From contig JANPIZ010000008.1 of NCBI GenBank assembly GCA_031425235.1, forward strand, positions 27,377-91,376: a stretch of DNA of 64,000 bases, in the 5' to 3' direction. Positions 8,640-20,052 of the stretch are shown in pieces (position 1 is the first letter of the stretch; each line of letters opens with the position of its first letter). The stretch is from Candidatus Nomurabacteria bacterium. GTDB taxonomy: Bacteria; Patescibacteriota; Minisyncoccia; Phycocordibacterales; UBA9973. The position numbers were made by a program, and so were the translations under genes. The notes beneath the pieces are model-generated. The model made no database searches and was not told where the DNA came from. It saw only the letters and a program-made list of their open reading frames with translations.

Positions 8640-8694
8640 TAGAAGAGAATTTTTCCAACTGTCTGTCATTTTAAGAGGAACTAATAAATAAATT

Positions 8695-8723
8695 TTGACT
8701 TAGACCATGCTACAAAGTATAAT
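8695..8723 (+). promoter_or_regulatory. Sigma70-type promoter TTGACT-N17-TATAAT; the -10 box ends 8 nt before the ATG at 8732 (probable leaderless transcript). An 8-bp inverted repeat CCATGCTA/TAGCATGG brackets the -10 box and start codon.
   Basis: Direct motif reading. Confidence 0.5.
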
Positions 8724-8731
8724 TAACTAGC

Positions 8732-9280
8732 ATGGACATAAAAGATTTAACAAAAACACAGCTGATATTACTTGCAGTATTGCTTTCTTTTGTCACTTCT
8801 ATTGCCACAGGGATCACAACTGTAACTTTAATGCAGCAAGCACCGTCATCACTAACAGTACCGCTCACTCAGATAGTACGACAAACTGTCGAGAAAGTGG
8901 CACCAAATACAGCTATTAAAACGGCTGCAACCCCTGCCTTATCAGATGACCAAAAAAAATTACTAGAGGATTTAAAGGCTATTAAACCCCTTACCGTCAC
9001 TTTAATTTTAAAAGGGGACACTCCCGACAAAGACAGGGTACTAGGTACAGGATTATTTTTAGGGGATAATAAAGTTGTCATCGCATCGCTTATACCTTCG
9101 CCAAAAGAAGGGGAAACATATATAGTTCGATCAGTGTTAGGAGAACAAAATGTATCTAAAGTAACGCAAGAGAAAGATTTTACAAGTATTGAGCTCGTAA
9201 AAACAGAGTCAAACAGTAATCCTCCTGTCAGCACTGATCCTGTTGCGCCAACTGAATCAGGAACACCAGTTTCGCAGTAG
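8732..9280 (+). CDS. Hypothetical membrane-anchored protein (182 aa)
   Basis: N-terminal transmembrane helix LILLAVLLSFVTSIATGITTV; Pro/Ser-rich C-terminus. Confidence 0.45.
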   Translation: MDIKDLTKTQLILLAVLLSFVTSIATGITTVTLMQQAPSSLTVPLTQIVRQTVEKVAPNTAIKTAATPALSDDQKKLLEDLKAIKPLTVTLILKGDTPDKDRVLGTGLFLGDNKVVIASLIPSPKEGETYIVRSVLGEQNVSKVTQEKDFTSIELVKTESNSNPPVSTDPVAPTESGTPVSQ

Positions 9281-9333
9281 TGCTTGACAGCTGGTGTATA
9301 ATATAGAATATAGGAGTAGAAGAAATAAAATAT

Positions 9334-12048
9334 ATGCCACCATTAAATAAATTTACAACTAAAGCCAAAGACGCAATAAAAAAAGCTCACGAGCTCGCTA
9401 TTGAACGAGGCGTAAACCATGTATCTTCATTACACCTACTCGCAGCACTTCTCCTTGCTGAAGAAAGCATGGTGAATTCGATTTTGGATAAGCTCGAAGT
9501 AGATACGATGCTTCTTACTGACTCAATACTTGAAATGATCGAATTGCCAGAAACTCGCAGTACTATTTCGCCTGCATATCAGATATATTTAAACCCCGAT
9601 TTGGCCCAGGTCATCGAGCAATCTGTTAAAATCGCTGAATACATGAAAGATGATTTTGTTTCGACTGAGCATCTTTTTATTGCAATTCTTGAAGTCACGA
9701 GTGAAGCCCGCGAAACGCTTGCGCGATTTAGAATTCAAAAAGACGCAGTGATGAAAGTTCTCGAAGAGCTTCGACGTGACAATATCACTGATGCGAGTGA
9801 ACCTAAAAAGTTTAAACTTTTGGTAAAATATACTCGAAACCTCACGAAGCTTGCTAAAGAAGATAAACTCGACCCAGTTATCGGTCGGGACAATGAAATA
9901 ACCCGCATTATGCAAATACTTTCGCGCCGTACTAAAAATAATCCCATCTTGATCGGGGAGGCGGGTACTGGTAAAACAGCGGTTGTAGAAGGATTGGCTG
10001 AACGAATAGTAAAGGGTAATGTGCCTGAGTCTCTAAAAGAAAAAGAGCTTGTATCACTTGACCTAGGTATGCTCGTGGCCGGAACAAAATACCGCGGTGA
10101 ATTTGAAGAACGACTCAAAGGTATTATGAAAGAAATAGAACGCTCTGATGGAAAGGTTATTCTTTTTATTGATGAAATTCACACTATCGTTGGCGCCGGA
10201 GGAGCCGAGGGCACCATGGATGCTTCAAATATGTTAAAGCCAGTACTCGCGCGAGGTGAATTGCGGGCAATTGGAGCTACGACACTTCGTGAATATCAAA
10301 AACATATCGAAAAAGACCCGGCGCTTGCACGGCGTTTTCAGCCAGTTTATATTGATGAACCAAACATCGAAGATGCGATAACAATACTTCGTGGACTGAA
10401 AGAAAAGTACGAACTTTTCCATGGTGTTCGCATTACTGATGATGCAATTATATCTGCGGTAAATTTATCAGCTCGATATATCACCAACAGGTTTCTACCT
10501 GACAAGGCGGTTGATCTCATTGACGAAGCTTCTTCATCCCTTAAAATCATGCTAGAAAACAAGCCTCCAGTTTTGGAAGATGCACATCGAAAGATCATGC
10601 GGTTTGAAATAGAAAAAGAAGCGCTTAAAAAAGAAGTAGCTGTTCTTGGCGCTGATAAAAATAAAGAAAATAAAGAAAAACTGACTGAAATAAAAAATAG
10701 ATTAAAAGAAGTCGAGAAAGAAATAGCTAATCTTCAGGAAAAAACTAAGGAGCTTGAACTCAAGTGGAACAATGAAAAAGCTATAGTCATTGAAATTCGC
10801 GAAATTAAAAAAGAACTCGAAACTGTCCGACTTGAAGCTGAAGATGCTGAAATGAACTCTGATCTTTCTCGCGTAGCTGAAATCAGGTACGGCAAGATAC
10901 CTGAGCTCAAGAAGGAGCTTGATATAAAACTTGCCCGTTTGAAAAAATTACAAAAATCCCGAAGGATTCTAAAAGAAGAAATAACCACAGAAGACATCGC
11001 CGAAGTAGTGGCTCGCTGGACAGGTATTCCACTTACTAAAATGCTGGAGGAAGAGCGTGAAAAGCTTGAGAAAATGGAAGCGGAGCTCAAGAAGCGTGTC
11101 ATAGGACAAGACGATGCCATCACTCGTGTGGCTGACGTCATCAGACGTAATCGGGCTGGTGTAGGAGATCCGAACAGACCAATCGGTTCATTTATATTTC
11201 TCGGTCCTACTGGCGTCGGAAAAACTGAACTTACAAAAACCTTAGGACAATCTATATTTAACGACGATAAAGCTATCATTCGTGTAGATATGTCTGAATA
11301 CATGGAGCGTCATTCTATTTCGAAGCTCATAGGCTCACCTCCTGGCTATGTGGGCTACGACGAGGCAGGACAGCTTACGGAATCAGTTCGTCATCGACCA
11401 TACTCAGTTATTTTGTTTGATGAAATAGAAAAAGCTCACCCAGAAGTTTTTAATATGCTCCTTCAAGTTATTGACGAAGGTCGACTCACTGACGGCAAAG
11501 GACGAGTAGTAAATTTTAAAAACACTATTATTGTTCTCACTTCGAACATTGGTTCACAGTACGTGGAGAAGATGGAGTCGATTGGATTTTCCAATAATTC
11601 TGACACACAAGACTACCGCAACATGAAAGATAAAATAATGGAAGCTCTTAAAGACAAATTCCGTCCCGAATTTTTGAATCGACTTGATGAAATTATAGTG
11701 TTCGATATCTTATCCCAAGAAGCTATAGCTGAAATAGTAAAACTTCGCATCAAAGTGGTGCAGGATCGGTTGCTTCTAAAGGGAATTAATTTCGAAATTT
11801 CCGATGACGCCCTTATGTATCTGGCGAAAGAAGGCTACGATCCGCATTATGGCGCACGACCACTTAATCGCTTAATTCAAAATAAAATTTTGAATTCCGT
11901 GGCTACATACATCATCTCTAATAAGTTGAAGAAAGGGGACAAAGTGACGGTCTCCCTCAAGAACAACGAGCTTTTGATTGAGAATAAAAAAGGAGGGTCG
12001 GCTAAAATAAAAAGCCCTATCCACGTGCGACCAAGATCGTCGGTATAA
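9334..12048 (+). CDS. clpB: ATP-dependent chaperone ClpB (AAA+ disaggregase)
   Basis: Clp_N domain; two AAA modules ([29 protein letters not shown]); a long coiled-coil M-domain between them; 904 aa. Confidence 0.9.
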   Translation: MPPLNKFTTKAKDAIKKAHELAIERGVNHVSSLHLLAALLLAEESMVNSILDKLEVDTMLLTDSILEMIELPETRSTISPAYQIYLNPDLAQVIEQSVKIAEYMKDDFVSTEHLFIAILEVTSEARETLARFRIQKDAVMKVLEELRRDNITDASEPKKFKLLVKYTRNLTKLAKEDKLDPVIGRDNEITRIMQILSRRTKNNPILIGEAGTGKTAVVEGLAERIVKGNVPESLKEKELVSLDLGMLVAGTKYRGEFEERLKGIMKEIERSDGKVILFIDEIHTIVGAGGAEGTMDASNMLKPVLARGELRAIGATTLREYQKHIEKDPALARRFQPVYIDEPNIEDAITILRGLKEKYELFHGVRITDDAIISAVNLSARYITNRFLPDKAVDLIDEASSSLKIMLENKPPVLEDAHRKIMRFEIEKEALKKEVAVLGADKNKENKEKLTEIKNRLKEVEKEIANLQEKTKELELKWNNEKAIVIEIREIKKELETVRLEAEDAEMNSDLSRVAEIRYGKIPELKKELDIKLARLKKLQKSRRILKEEITTEDIAEVVARWTGIPLTKMLEEEREKLEKMEAELKKRVIGQDDAITRVADVIRRNRAGVGDPNRPIGSFIFLGPTGVGKTELTKTLGQSIFNDDKAIIRVDMSEYMERHSISKLIGSPPGYVGYDEAGQLTESVRHRPYSVILFDEIEKAHPEVFNMLLQVIDEGRLTDGKGRVVNFKNTIIVLTSNIGSQYVEKMESIGFSNNSDTQDYRNMKDKIMEALKDKFRPEFLNRLDEIIVFDILSQEAIAEIVKLRIKVVQDRLLLKGINFEISDDALMYLAKEGYDPHYGARPLNRLIQNKILNSVATYIISNKLKKGDKVTVSLKNNELLIENKKGGSAKIKSPIHVRPRSSV

Positions 12049-12134
12049 CTGTGGTAAATGATTTTTTAAGTTTAAAAGTTGCTCAATATCATATTTATCC
12101 ACAGTTACGTTGTTGCAAAAAAGTCCAAATAAGT

Positions 12135-12159
12135 ATATACTTAAGTAACTTAAGTATAT
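12135..12159. promoter_or_regulatory. Perfect 12-bp inverted repeat ATATACTTAAGT-a-ACTTAAGTATAT upstream of the fasciclin gene; putative operator
   Basis: Exact palindrome read from the sequence. Confidence 0.4.
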
Positions 12160-12207
12160 AGTCGATGTATACAAAAGTCAATCATTACAAGTTTAAATTA
12201 ATTTTTT

Positions 12208-12798
12208 ATGAACAAAAATACATTAATAGCAATAATCGTTATTGTGGTAGTAGTCGGTGCTTTAGTTGCTTGGTCTCAATCAAGTAAACCTGAAGAGACC
12301 GGTGACGCAATGATGAAACAAGAAAATTCTATGATGAATGACAACCAAGAAGAAGGAGTTATGGTAGGAGGTGCACTTATGATACGTAGCCGTGATATCG
12401 TCGACAACGCAGTACTTGCAAACAATGTGACTACAGTTGTGGCCGCTGTTAAAGCAGCTGGTTTGGTTGACACACTAAAGAGCGCAGGACCTTTCACGGT
12501 GTTTGCTCCAAGTGATTCAGCTTTTGCTAAGCTTCCGGCTGGCACAGTTGAGACTTTGGTAAAGCCTGAAAATAAAGCGACTTTGACAAACATCCTTACA
12601 TATCACGTTGTAGCAGGTAGATACACATCAGCTGATTTAAAAGACGGCATGATGCTAAAAACTGTTCAAGGACAAGAACTTAAAGTGACTGTAAAAGATG
12701 GAAACATCTGGGTTAATGACGCAATGGTAGAAACAGCAGATGTTATCTCTAGCAATGGAGTTACATTTGTGATCGATACTGTGTTAATGCCTAAATAA
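12208..12798 (+). CDS. Fasciclin (FAS1) domain protein with N-terminal signal/anchor
   Basis: [11 protein letters not shown]...LTYHVV FAS1 signature motifs. Confidence 0.75.
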   Translation: MNKNTLIAIIVIVVVVGALVAWSQSSKPEETGDAMMKQENSMMNDNQEEGVMVGGALMIRSRDIVDNAVLANNVTTVVAAVKAAGLVDTLKSAGPFTVFAPSDSAFAKLPAGTVETLVKPENKATLTNILTYHVVAGRYTSADLKDGMMLKTVQGQELKVTVKDGNIWVNDAMVETADVISSNGVTFVIDTVLMPK

Positions 12799-12832
12799 TC
12801 TTCAGCTTATATAGTTTAAATTTTCGAAAAAC

Positions 12833-12864
12833 AAAACCCCTGTATAAGGGGTTTTGTTTTTTTT
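12833..12864 (+). terminator. Rho-independent terminator (AAAACCCC-tgtataa-GGGGTTTT followed by a T-run)
   Basis: Hairpin plus U-tract. Confidence 0.7.
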
Positions 12865-12865
12865 G

Positions 12866-12948
12866 TGCGTCGGGAAGGATTCGAACCTTCGTAGCCCGGA
12901 GGCGACAGATTTACAGTCTGTTGTAATTGACCACTCTACCACCGACGC
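12866..12948 (-). tRNA. tRNA-Tyr (anticodon GTA), long variable arm
   Basis: Reverse complement GCGTCGGTGGTAGAGTGGTCAATTACAACAGACTGTAAATCTGTC...AAGGTTCGAATCCTTCCCGACGCA. Confidence 0.75.
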
Positions 12949-13032
12949 ATTATATATGCCAATACAAAATAGCACAAAATTATATTTTTTGCATCTTTCT
13001 AGGGTTAAATTTGTTATAATAAATACACCACT

Positions 13033-13329
13033 ATGACTAAGCAATGCGTTTGTATAGTTTCCGGTAAAGTACAAGGAGTTTTATTCCGGGATTTTACCTG
13101 TCGTTTAGCAAAGAGGCTTCTACTTACAGGCACAGTGGAAAATTTACCCGATGGGAAGGTCAAGGTTATTGTCGAAGGGGATATGGTAAAACTAGGTGGC
13201 CTTCTTTTACAGCTACAAAAAGGCCCAATACTTGCCAAAGTAAAAGATATGAAAGTCGACTGGCGAGAGCCAAGTAACTTGTTTTCAAATTTCAAAATTC
13301 TTTACCATGGATTTTTAGATCACTTTTAA
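13033..13329 (+). CDS. Acylphosphatase
   Basis: 98 aa, VSGKVQGVLFRDFT motif. Confidence 0.75.
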   Translation: MTKQCVCIVSGKVQGVLFRDFTCRLAKRLLLTGTVENLPDGKVKVIVEGDMVKLGGLLLQLQKGPILAKVKDMKVDWREPSNLFSNFKILYHGFLDHF

Positions 13330-13376
13330 CCATAAACTTGTTGTTTTTCAAAAAGTATGTTATTATTTTAGAGTGT

Positions 13377-13401
13377 GAAAAAGGCGACAGAGCCTTTTTT
13401 T
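13377..13401 (+). terminator. Hairpin AAAAAGGC-gacaga-GCCTTTTTTT
   Basis: Stem plus T-run. Confidence 0.5.
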
Positions 13402-13433
13402 GTTTGATTAATAAGCTTTAACATAAAATATGT

Positions 13434-15251
13434 ATGGAAATTAGGAATATAGCAATTATAGCTCACGTGGACCATGGGAAAACGACTTTAACAGATGCTT
13501 TAATGAAGCAAAATGGTGGCAATTCTCCCGAAGGAGTTTCGATGGACTCGAACGATTTGGAAAAAGAGCGCGGTATTACGATATATTCGAAGAACACATC
13601 GATTTATTACAAAGATACAAAAATAAACATAGTGGATACCCCAGGCCACGCTGATTTCGGCTCGGAGGTGGAGCGTGTGCTTCGTGCTATCGACTCTGTA
13701 CTTTTACTCGTCGATGCTGTTGAAGGTCCAATGCCGCAAACTCGTTTCGTTTTGAAAAAGTCTCTCGAACTAGGGTTGAAGCCCATCGTAATAATAAATA
13801 AAATCGACAAACCAGCTGCTGACCCGCATCGAGTGCATGACGAGGTACTCGAATTATTTTTTGAATTAGGGGCTACAGATGATCAAGCAAACTTTGAAAC
13901 TATGTATGCGATCGGACGCGAAGGTAAAGCATTTAGAAAGCTTGGTGATGAATCAAGTGACCTATCTCCACTTCTTGATCTTATTTTGGAAAAAGTTCCC
14001 CCTGTTTCTATAAACGAAGGTGAAAAAATGTCAGCACAGGTTTTTAACTTAGGGTATGATAACTTCTTGGGACGTATGGCTATCTGCAGAATATATTCAG
14101 GAAAAATAGTTTCAGGGAGTAATGTATTTGTAAAAGGTAATATCGAAGGTCAGGCTGGGACACGAAAAGGAAAACTCACTAAACTTTTTTCTTTCGAAGG
14201 TATTTCTCGTAAAGATGTAGAGTCTGCTACTTCTGGCGACATCGTCATGATCTCAGGTATTCCCGACATCTACATCGGAGAAACAATTTGTGAAGATGAA
14301 TCAGTTGAACCCCTTCCACACATTGCGATCGATGAACCGACACTCTCGCTCAACTTTTTGGTGAATGATTCTCCTTTTGCAGGTACTGAAGGAAAGTTCG
14401 TAACCTCACGACAAATAAAAGAGCGACTCGAAAAAGAACTCGAAATAAATGTGGGACTTAAAGTCGACTTTTCTCCGGAGCAAGGCGATAAGGGCGGGCC
14501 AAGCTTCTTTAAAGTGTATGGACGAGGTGAACTTCACATCGCTATTCTATTAGAAAATATGCGACGCGAGGGTTTTGAAATGCAAGTATCTCAACCTGAG
14601 GTTATCGTGAAAGAAGAAAATGGAAAGAAAAAGGAACCTTATGAGGAACTTGTGATCGATGTGCCTATGGAATTTTCTGGGACAGTTATTGAAAAGATAG
14701 GAAAACGAAGAGGTGTGATGAAAGACATGGTAGAGAAAAATTCTATTGCTCGAATTATATTCAATATACCGACTCGTGGACTTCTCGGGTATCGAGGTGA
14801 ATTTATTATTGATACAAAAGGTGAGGGAATCATGAGTTCACGTGTTACGGGATTCGAAGAATATGCAGGAGAAATAAAAAAACGATCATATGGCTCGATG
14901 ACGTCGATGGTTGCAGGTAAGGCAGTCGCCTTTTCCTTGGCAAACTTGCAAGAACGTGGTATACTATATATCGAACATGGAAGCGCAGTATATGAAGGAA
15001 TGGTTGTGGGAAATGTGTTAAAAGGTGAAGACATGGCAGTGAACCCAACTAAGGGTAAACAGCTCACAAACATGCGAGCTTCAGGCACAGATGAGTCTAT
15101 AAGCTTGAATCCAGTGTTTATACTCAGTATCGAACGTGGTCTTGAAGTGATGAACAATGATGAATATCTCGAAGTCACTCCACAATCTGTAAGACTAAGA
15201 AAGAAATATCTGACTGAACAAAGTAGAATGAAAAGTAATGTTAAGAAATAG
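13434..15251 (+). CDS. typA: Translational GTPase TypA/BipA
   Basis: [24 protein letters not shown]; 605 aa with the TypA C-terminal region. Confidence 0.9.
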   Translation: MEIRNIAIIAHVDHGKTTLTDALMKQNGGNSPEGVSMDSNDLEKERGITIYSKNTSIYYKDTKINIVDTPGHADFGSEVERVLRAIDSVLLLVDAVEGPMPQTRFVLKKSLELGLKPIVIINKIDKPAADPHRVHDEVLELFFELGATDDQANFETMYAIGREGKAFRKLGDESSDLSPLLDLILEKVPPVSINEGEKMSAQVFNLGYDNFLGRMAICRIYSGKIVSGSNVFVKGNIEGQAGTRKGKLTKLFSFEGISRKDVESATSGDIVMISGIPDIYIGETICEDESVEPLPHIAIDEPTLSLNFLVNDSPFAGTEGKFVTSRQIKERLEKELEINVGLKVDFSPEQGDKGGPSFFKVYGRGELHIAILLENMRREGFEMQVSQPEVIVKEENGKKKEPYEELVIDVPMEFSGTVIEKIGKRRGVMKDMVEKNSIARIIFNIPTRGLLGYRGEFIIDTKGEGIMSSRVTGFEEYAGEIKKRSYGSMTSMVAGKAVAFSLANLQERGILYIEHGSAVYEGMVVGNVLKGEDMAVNPTKGKQLTNMRASGTDESISLNPVFILSIERGLEVMNNDEYLEVTPQSVRLRKKYLTEQSRMKSNVKK

Positions 15252-15277
15252 AAAGCATATATAAAAAAATAAAATTT

Positions 15278-16309
15278 ATGTCAAAAATATCTTTCAAACC
15301 AAAAAAAGTTACTAAAAAAATAATTTCGCATCTTACTGATCGTTCTTTTGACGTTATTATGAATCGTTTTGGCTTGACGGCCGACGGTAAACGAAAAACA
15401 CTCGAGGAAATAGGTAAAAAGTATAAAATAACTCGTGAACGTGTTCGTCAAATCGAAGACGTCGCTATACATGCAATTAAAAAATCTGATGCATACAAAA
15501 TAGAGCAGGCAGCATTTGAGGAATTAAGGCAGGTTATAAAAAAACTCGGGAGTATAGTTGCCGAGCATGATCTACTACCTCATATATCCAAAGATAAGTC
15601 TACTCAAAATCACATACACTTTATATTAACTCTCGGCGAATTTTTTAAAAAGCATCGTGAAGACGATCATTTTCACGCACGTTTCAGTATCGACGATGAA
15701 ATAGGTGAAAAAGTACACACAGCTTTGAAAAAATTATACGCCAGCTTAAGCGATGAAGACTTGATACCAGAATCAGAGATGATTAAAAAATTCTTCGAAC
15801 ACATGAAAGACGTTTCTGAGCAATATCGTGACGAAGAAATTGCAAAGCGTTGGCTTTCAATGTCAAAAGATGTGGCCAAAAATCCTTTTGGAGAATGGGG
15901 TCGCGCATCTTCACCGAATGTTCGTACTCGCGGAGTCAAAGACTATGCATTTTTAGTTATGCGACGCCATGGATCACCTATGCATTTTAAGGAAGTAGCA
16001 AATTCAATTTCAAAAACTTTCAATAAAAAAGTACACTACGCTACATGCCACAACGAACTGATAAAAGATTCTCGTTTTGTCTTGGTTGGCCGAGGTATGT
16101 ATGCTTTAGCTGAATGGGGTTATAAAGCTGGCACTGCGCGGGAAGTTATTACTGAAATTTTAAAGCGTGAAGGCCCACTCTCAAAGGAAGACGTAATTGA
16201 AAAAGTAAACAAAGAAAGGTATTTCAAGAAAAATACAATTCTCGTAAACCTTGTGAATACCAAGTATTTCAAAAGTGATAAAGACGGACTCTATAATCTG
16301 ACTGCGTAG
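15278..16309 (+). CDS. Sigma-70 region-4-like HTH domain protein
   Basis: TLEEIGKKYKITRERVRQIE is a region-4 helix-turn-helix; a C-terminal domain of unknown function follows. Confidence 0.55.
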   Translation: MSKISFKPKKVTKKIISHLTDRSFDVIMNRFGLTADGKRKTLEEIGKKYKITRERVRQIEDVAIHAIKKSDAYKIEQAAFEELRQVIKKLGSIVAEHDLLPHISKDKSTQNHIHFILTLGEFFKKHREDDHFHARFSIDDEIGEKVHTALKKLYASLSDEDLIPESEMIKKFFEHMKDVSEQYRDEEIAKRWLSMSKDVAKNPFGEWGRASSPNVRTRGVKDYAFLVMRRHGSPMHFKEVANSISKTFNKKVHYATCHNELIKDSRFVLVGRGMYALAEWGYKAGTAREVITEILKREGPLSKEDVIEKVNKERYFKKNTILVNLVNTKYFKSDKDGLYNLTA

Positions 16310-16354
16310 CTCAGTTTGTTTGTTGTTTTAAACTATTTATATTAAACTATATAC

Positions 16355-17767
16355 ATGGAGGCTTTTTTAGATGGTATTGAAGACGCCCTAATGAACTATT
16401 GGCTATGGCTCATAGTTATTATTGTGGGTTATTTTATCTGGAAGTATGGCTATGTCTATGGAATTGTTAAAGCAATTTTACCACTTATTGGAGTCGCTAT
16501 TCTAGGATTCATATCTTTCCGGCTTTGGATGCATTATATTCGGCAAGATTTTATTTCTGGTATTGATTTTGTGCTACTTGAAATTATTCCTCCACGTGAC
16601 GTATTACGCAGCCCAAAAGCGATGGAGCTTTTCTTGGTGAATGCTTTCTATCACTGGAGTTATAAAGGAGGACGAGAAGAGTATTGGCAAGGAGCCGTCT
16701 GGTTTTGGTTTTCTCTTGAGATAGCATCTATTGATGGGCAGGTGCATTTCTATATTCGGACGCCAACCCGTATTCGAGAACTTATAGAGACTCAAATGTA
16801 TGCCCAGTATCCTCAAGCCCAGGTAAAAGTCGTCGAAGATTACACGCTCGCTGTCGATAAAATCTCTCCCGAGAGTGACTGGATGGCTTGGGGGTGCGAA
16901 TGGAACCTCATACGGCACGAAGCATATCCTATAAAAACGTATGTGGATTTTGGACTCGATAAAGACCCAGACGAGGAATATAAAGTCGATCCTATTTCAC
17001 CGGTCATAGAATTATTTGGTTCATTACAAAAAGGTGAACAGATGTGGCTGCAGATAGTTATTACTCCAGACAAAAAACGATATAAAACCAAAGGTACCTG
17101 GTTTGAAACTCATAGCTGGGTGGAGGAAGCACGCGCGGAATTATTGAGGTTATTAGCTCCTTATACGAGTCACAAAGAAGTGAAAGAGATTCACGAAGTA
17201 GGAGTAGGGCGTAGTCGACTCGAAGTCCGTGTACCAGACTTCTTAAAGCGAGCGACTGAAAGAATGAGCGCTAAAACATCAAAAATAGCTTTTGAAACAG
17301 GTATTCGAACTATGTATATCGCCAAAAAAGATGTGTGGTCTATGAACAGTCGTCGAAATATCCGTCTTATCTTTCGTCAGTATGACCAACCCGACGTGAA
17401 CGGACTTGTCCGTATTAACCCGACTCAGGCTGATGCATACAGCGGACTTTTTGGGATGTCGAATGAAAAAGTAATGGTCTTAGCTGATCGAACATTACAT
17501 GAATATCGCGAGCGAGGTTTTTTTCATCTACCACTTCGGCACCATCTTTTCAATACACATACAATTTCGTGGCCACTTGAGAACATAATTTCAGCTTCTG
17601 TGTTGATACAGCCATTTTTCTTGCCATATCGTCACCCTCCTACATATTTCTTAAACGTCGAAGAGCTCGCAACTCTATGGCATTTCCCTGGACAGATATT
17701 GAAAGTTCCTACACTCGAACGTATCGAATCAAAAGAAGCTTCCCCTCCTACCAACTTACCAACATAG
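16355..17767 (+). CDS. Hypothetical membrane protein (470 aa)
   Basis: ORF; N-terminal transmembrane helices. Confidence 0.4.
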   Translation: MEAFLDGIEDALMNYWLWLIVIIVGYFIWKYGYVYGIVKAILPLIGVAILGFISFRLWMHYIRQDFISGIDFVLLEIIPPRDVLRSPKAMELFLVNAFYHWSYKGGREEYWQGAVWFWFSLEIASIDGQVHFYIRTPTRIRELIETQMYAQYPQAQVKVVEDYTLAVDKISPESDWMAWGCEWNLIRHEAYPIKTYVDFGLDKDPDEEYKVDPISPVIELFGSLQKGEQMWLQIVITPDKKRYKTKGTWFETHSWVEEARAELLRLLAPYTSHKEVKEIHEVGVGRSRLEVRVPDFLKRATERMSAKTSKIAFETGIRTMYIAKKDVWSMNSRRNIRLIFRQYDQPDVNGLVRINPTQADAYSGLFGMSNEKVMVLADRTLHEYRERGFFHLPLRHHLFNTHTISWPLENIISASVLIQPFFLPYRHPPTYFLNVEELATLWHFPGQILKVPTLERIESKEASPPTNLPT

Positions 17768-17776
17768 CTTTTTTGT

Positions 17777-18712
17777 ATGTTTAAATTTTTCAATCGAGAA
17801 AACAAAATTTTAGAAATTAAACCTCCATCCATGAAAGCAAAAATCATGTATGTGCTTGCTGTTATCATTTTGTTTTTTGCTGTTGGGTATTTTTTCTTTT
17901 TAAGTGCCCCTTCTAACTTCAAGCCAGGAACAGTGTTTCAAATAGAGCCTGGGATGACGCTTCGGAATATTTCTTTGAAATTACAAGAAGAGAACATCAT
18001 TCGTTCGCGGCTTGCTTTTGAGGCTTTTGTGATACTTTTTGGTGGCGATAAACATATACGATACTCAAATTATTTATTTGAAAAGAAGATGTCAGCCTAT
18101 GAAGTCGCAGAGTGGATCGTAAAAGGTGAGCGGTATCGAGCTGCTGTTATAGTCACAATTCCGGAAGGTTTTAATATCAATGAAATTGCTGAGGTCTACG
18201 GATCGAAGTTAATAAATTTTAACAAAGATAATTTCTTTGTAAAAGCGAAAGAAGGTCATCTTTTCCCTGACACGTATTATTTCTTTAGTTCAGCTACGGA
18301 GCTAGATGCAATCGACTCAATGAGTAAAAATTTTGAGAAAAAAATTACCCCCATTCGCCCAGAAATTGTTTCGTCTGGTAGAACTGAGGAAGAAATTATA
18401 ATTATGGCTTCAATTATAGAAAAAGAAGCAAAGGGTGATAACGACCGAGCGCTTATCTCAGGTATTTTATGGAAGCGTCTTCAAAACGGTATGCGTTTGC
18501 AAGTGGATGCAGCACCAGACACGTACAAAATAAAAGGTCTTCCGAAAAATCCGATTAGTAACCCTGGAATAAAAGCGATTAACGCGGCAATATATCCCCA
18601 AACTTCGACATATGTATATTATATACACGGCAAAGATGGGAACACATATTACGCAAAAACATTTGAAGAACATAAAAAAAATATTGCCAAATATTTAAAA
18701 CTTGCCCCGTAG
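17777..18712 (+). CDS. mltG: Endolytic murein transglycosylase MltG (YceG-like)
   Basis: N-terminal transmembrane helix and YceG-family motifs (TIPEGFNINEIAE, SIIEKEAKGDNDRALISGILWKRL). Confidence 0.75.
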   Translation: MFKFFNRENKILEIKPPSMKAKIMYVLAVIILFFAVGYFFFLSAPSNFKPGTVFQIEPGMTLRNISLKLQEENIIRSRLAFEAFVILFGGDKHIRYSNYLFEKKMSAYEVAEWIVKGERYRAAVIVTIPEGFNINEIAEVYGSKLINFNKDNFFVKAKEGHLFPDTYYFFSSATELDAIDSMSKNFEKKITPIRPEIVSSGRTEEEIIIMASIIEKEAKGDNDRALISGILWKRLQNGMRLQVDAAPDTYKIKGLPKNPISNPGIKAINAAIYPQTSTYVYYIHGKDGNTYYAKTFEEHKKNIAKYLKLAP

Positions 18713-18777
18713 TAAATTTTTGATTACACTACATAATCCTGATAGTAATGGTTTAAAATTTTACTACTGGGTAAACT

Positions 18778-20010
18778 ATGAAGAAAATTATCAAAAAAAA
18801 GAAACAAATAGTATTTGTGGGACTTTCTGGCGGCGTTGACAGCGCGGTCTCTGCAGCATTACTACAAAAAGGTGGATATGAAGTAGTAGGAGTTTTTATT
18901 AAAACATGGCATCCAGAGTTTATAGAATGCAATGAAGAGGCTGAGCGTCTCGATGCTATGCGTGTGGCTGCACACCTCGATATTCCTTACCTTACCTTTG
19001 ATTTTGAGGATGTATATAAAAACGAAGTTGCTGATTATATGATTAGGGAATATAGGGCCGGTCGGACTCCAAACCCTGACGTCATGTGCAATAAGGAAGT
19101 TAAGTTTGGGGCATTCCTAAAAAAAGCGATTTCAATGGGAGCTGATTTTGTGGCGACGGGGCATTATGCACAAAATAAAGTGCAGAATAAAAAAAATAAA
19201 AAACAGATGCTTTTCCACGCTTCGCACTCTATCTTGAACACGGCTGACCGAGCTTTGGTAGCGAATGCCGAAGAAAGCACATCTTTTTTTCTTGCGAAAG
19301 GCGTTGACCCCTCAAAAGATCAAAGTTATTTCTTGTGGACTCTCAACCAAGAACAACTTTCAAAAATTATTTTTCCAATAGGTCATTTGAAAAAGACTGA
19401 AGTGCGTACACGTGCTAAAAAATTTAAACTACCTGTTGCTGAAAAGCACGATAGCCAGGGGATATGTTTTTTGGGCGCAATAGATCTAAAAGAATTTTTG
19501 AAACATTATATAAAACCTAAAAAAGGGAAAGTATTTGATATTAAAGGCAATGAAATTGGGTATCACAATGGTGCAGTATTTTATACACTCGGCGAGCGTC
19601 ATGGATTTGTAATTACAGAAAAAAGTCCAAGCGATGGAGCGTATTATGTTATTGAAAAAGATGTAAAAAATAATGTTTTAATTGTGTCGCAAGACAAAAA
19701 GATACTGCTTTCTCACGTCTCGCACTCTGTCTTGAAAACGTCTGACCGAGCTTTGGATGCGAATGACGCAGAAAGCACATCTTTTTGTCTTGCTCTTGAG
19801 AATGTAAATTGGATTAATAAAACAGGAGAAGAAAATAAAAAATACACAGCCCAGATACGATATCATGGTGAATTTTTGCCATGTAAAATTAAAATAAAAG
19901 AAAAAGGAGAATTTGAAATTATATTTGAAAAACCAGTACTCGTAGCGGCTGGTCAATCATGTGTACTATATGATAAAGACGTTTGCTTGGGCGGCGGCGT
20001 GGTTGTATAA
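18778..20010 (+). CDS. mnmA: tRNA-specific 2-thiouridylase MnmA; carries two ~30-aa paralogous in-frame insertions
   Basis: PP-loop VGLSGGVDSAVSA, GHYA, KDQSYFLW. 410 aa versus ~350-360 typical. Confidence 0.85.
   Translation: MKKIIKKKKQIVFVGLSGGVDSAVSAALLQKGGYEVVGVFIKTWHPEFIECNEEAERLDAMRVAAHLDIPYLTFDFEDVYKNEVADYMIREYRAGRTPNPDVMCNKEVKFGAFLKKAISMGADFVATGHYAQNKVQNKKNKKQMLFHASHSILNTADRALVANAEESTSFFLAKGVDPSKDQSYFLWTLNQEQLSKIIFPIGHLKKTEVRTRAKKFKLPVAEKHDSQGICFLGAIDLKEFLKHYIKPKKGKVFDIKGNEIGYHNGAVFYTLGERHGFVITEKSPSDGAYYVIEKDVKNNVLIVSQDKKILLSHVSHSVLKTSDRALDANDAESTSFCLALENVNWINKTGEENKKYTAQIRYHGEFLPCKIKIKEKGEFEIIFEKPVLVAAGQSCVLYDKDVCLGGGVVV
19205..19292 (+). repeat. ~90-nt repeat copy A, in-frame within mnmA (SHSILNTADRALVANAEESTSFFLA)
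   Basis: About 85% nucleotide identity to 19701-19790. Confidence 0.6.
19701..19790 (+). repeat. ~90-nt repeat copy B, in-frame within mnmA (SHSVLKTSDRALDANDAESTSFCLA)
   Basis: About 85% nucleotide identity to 19205-19292. Confidence 0.6.
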
Positions 20011-20052
20011 ATCATACCCTTGAAATTTTATTCATAGTATGGTATAAATTAT

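Noticed and set aside
10734-11303. 189-aa Ser-rich ORF antisense within clpB, plus other antisense ORFs at 9589-10118 and 10347-10598
   Set aside because: Fully embedded in a strongly supported conserved gene on the opposite strand; low-complexity translation typical of antisense AT-rich/GA-rich coding sequence.
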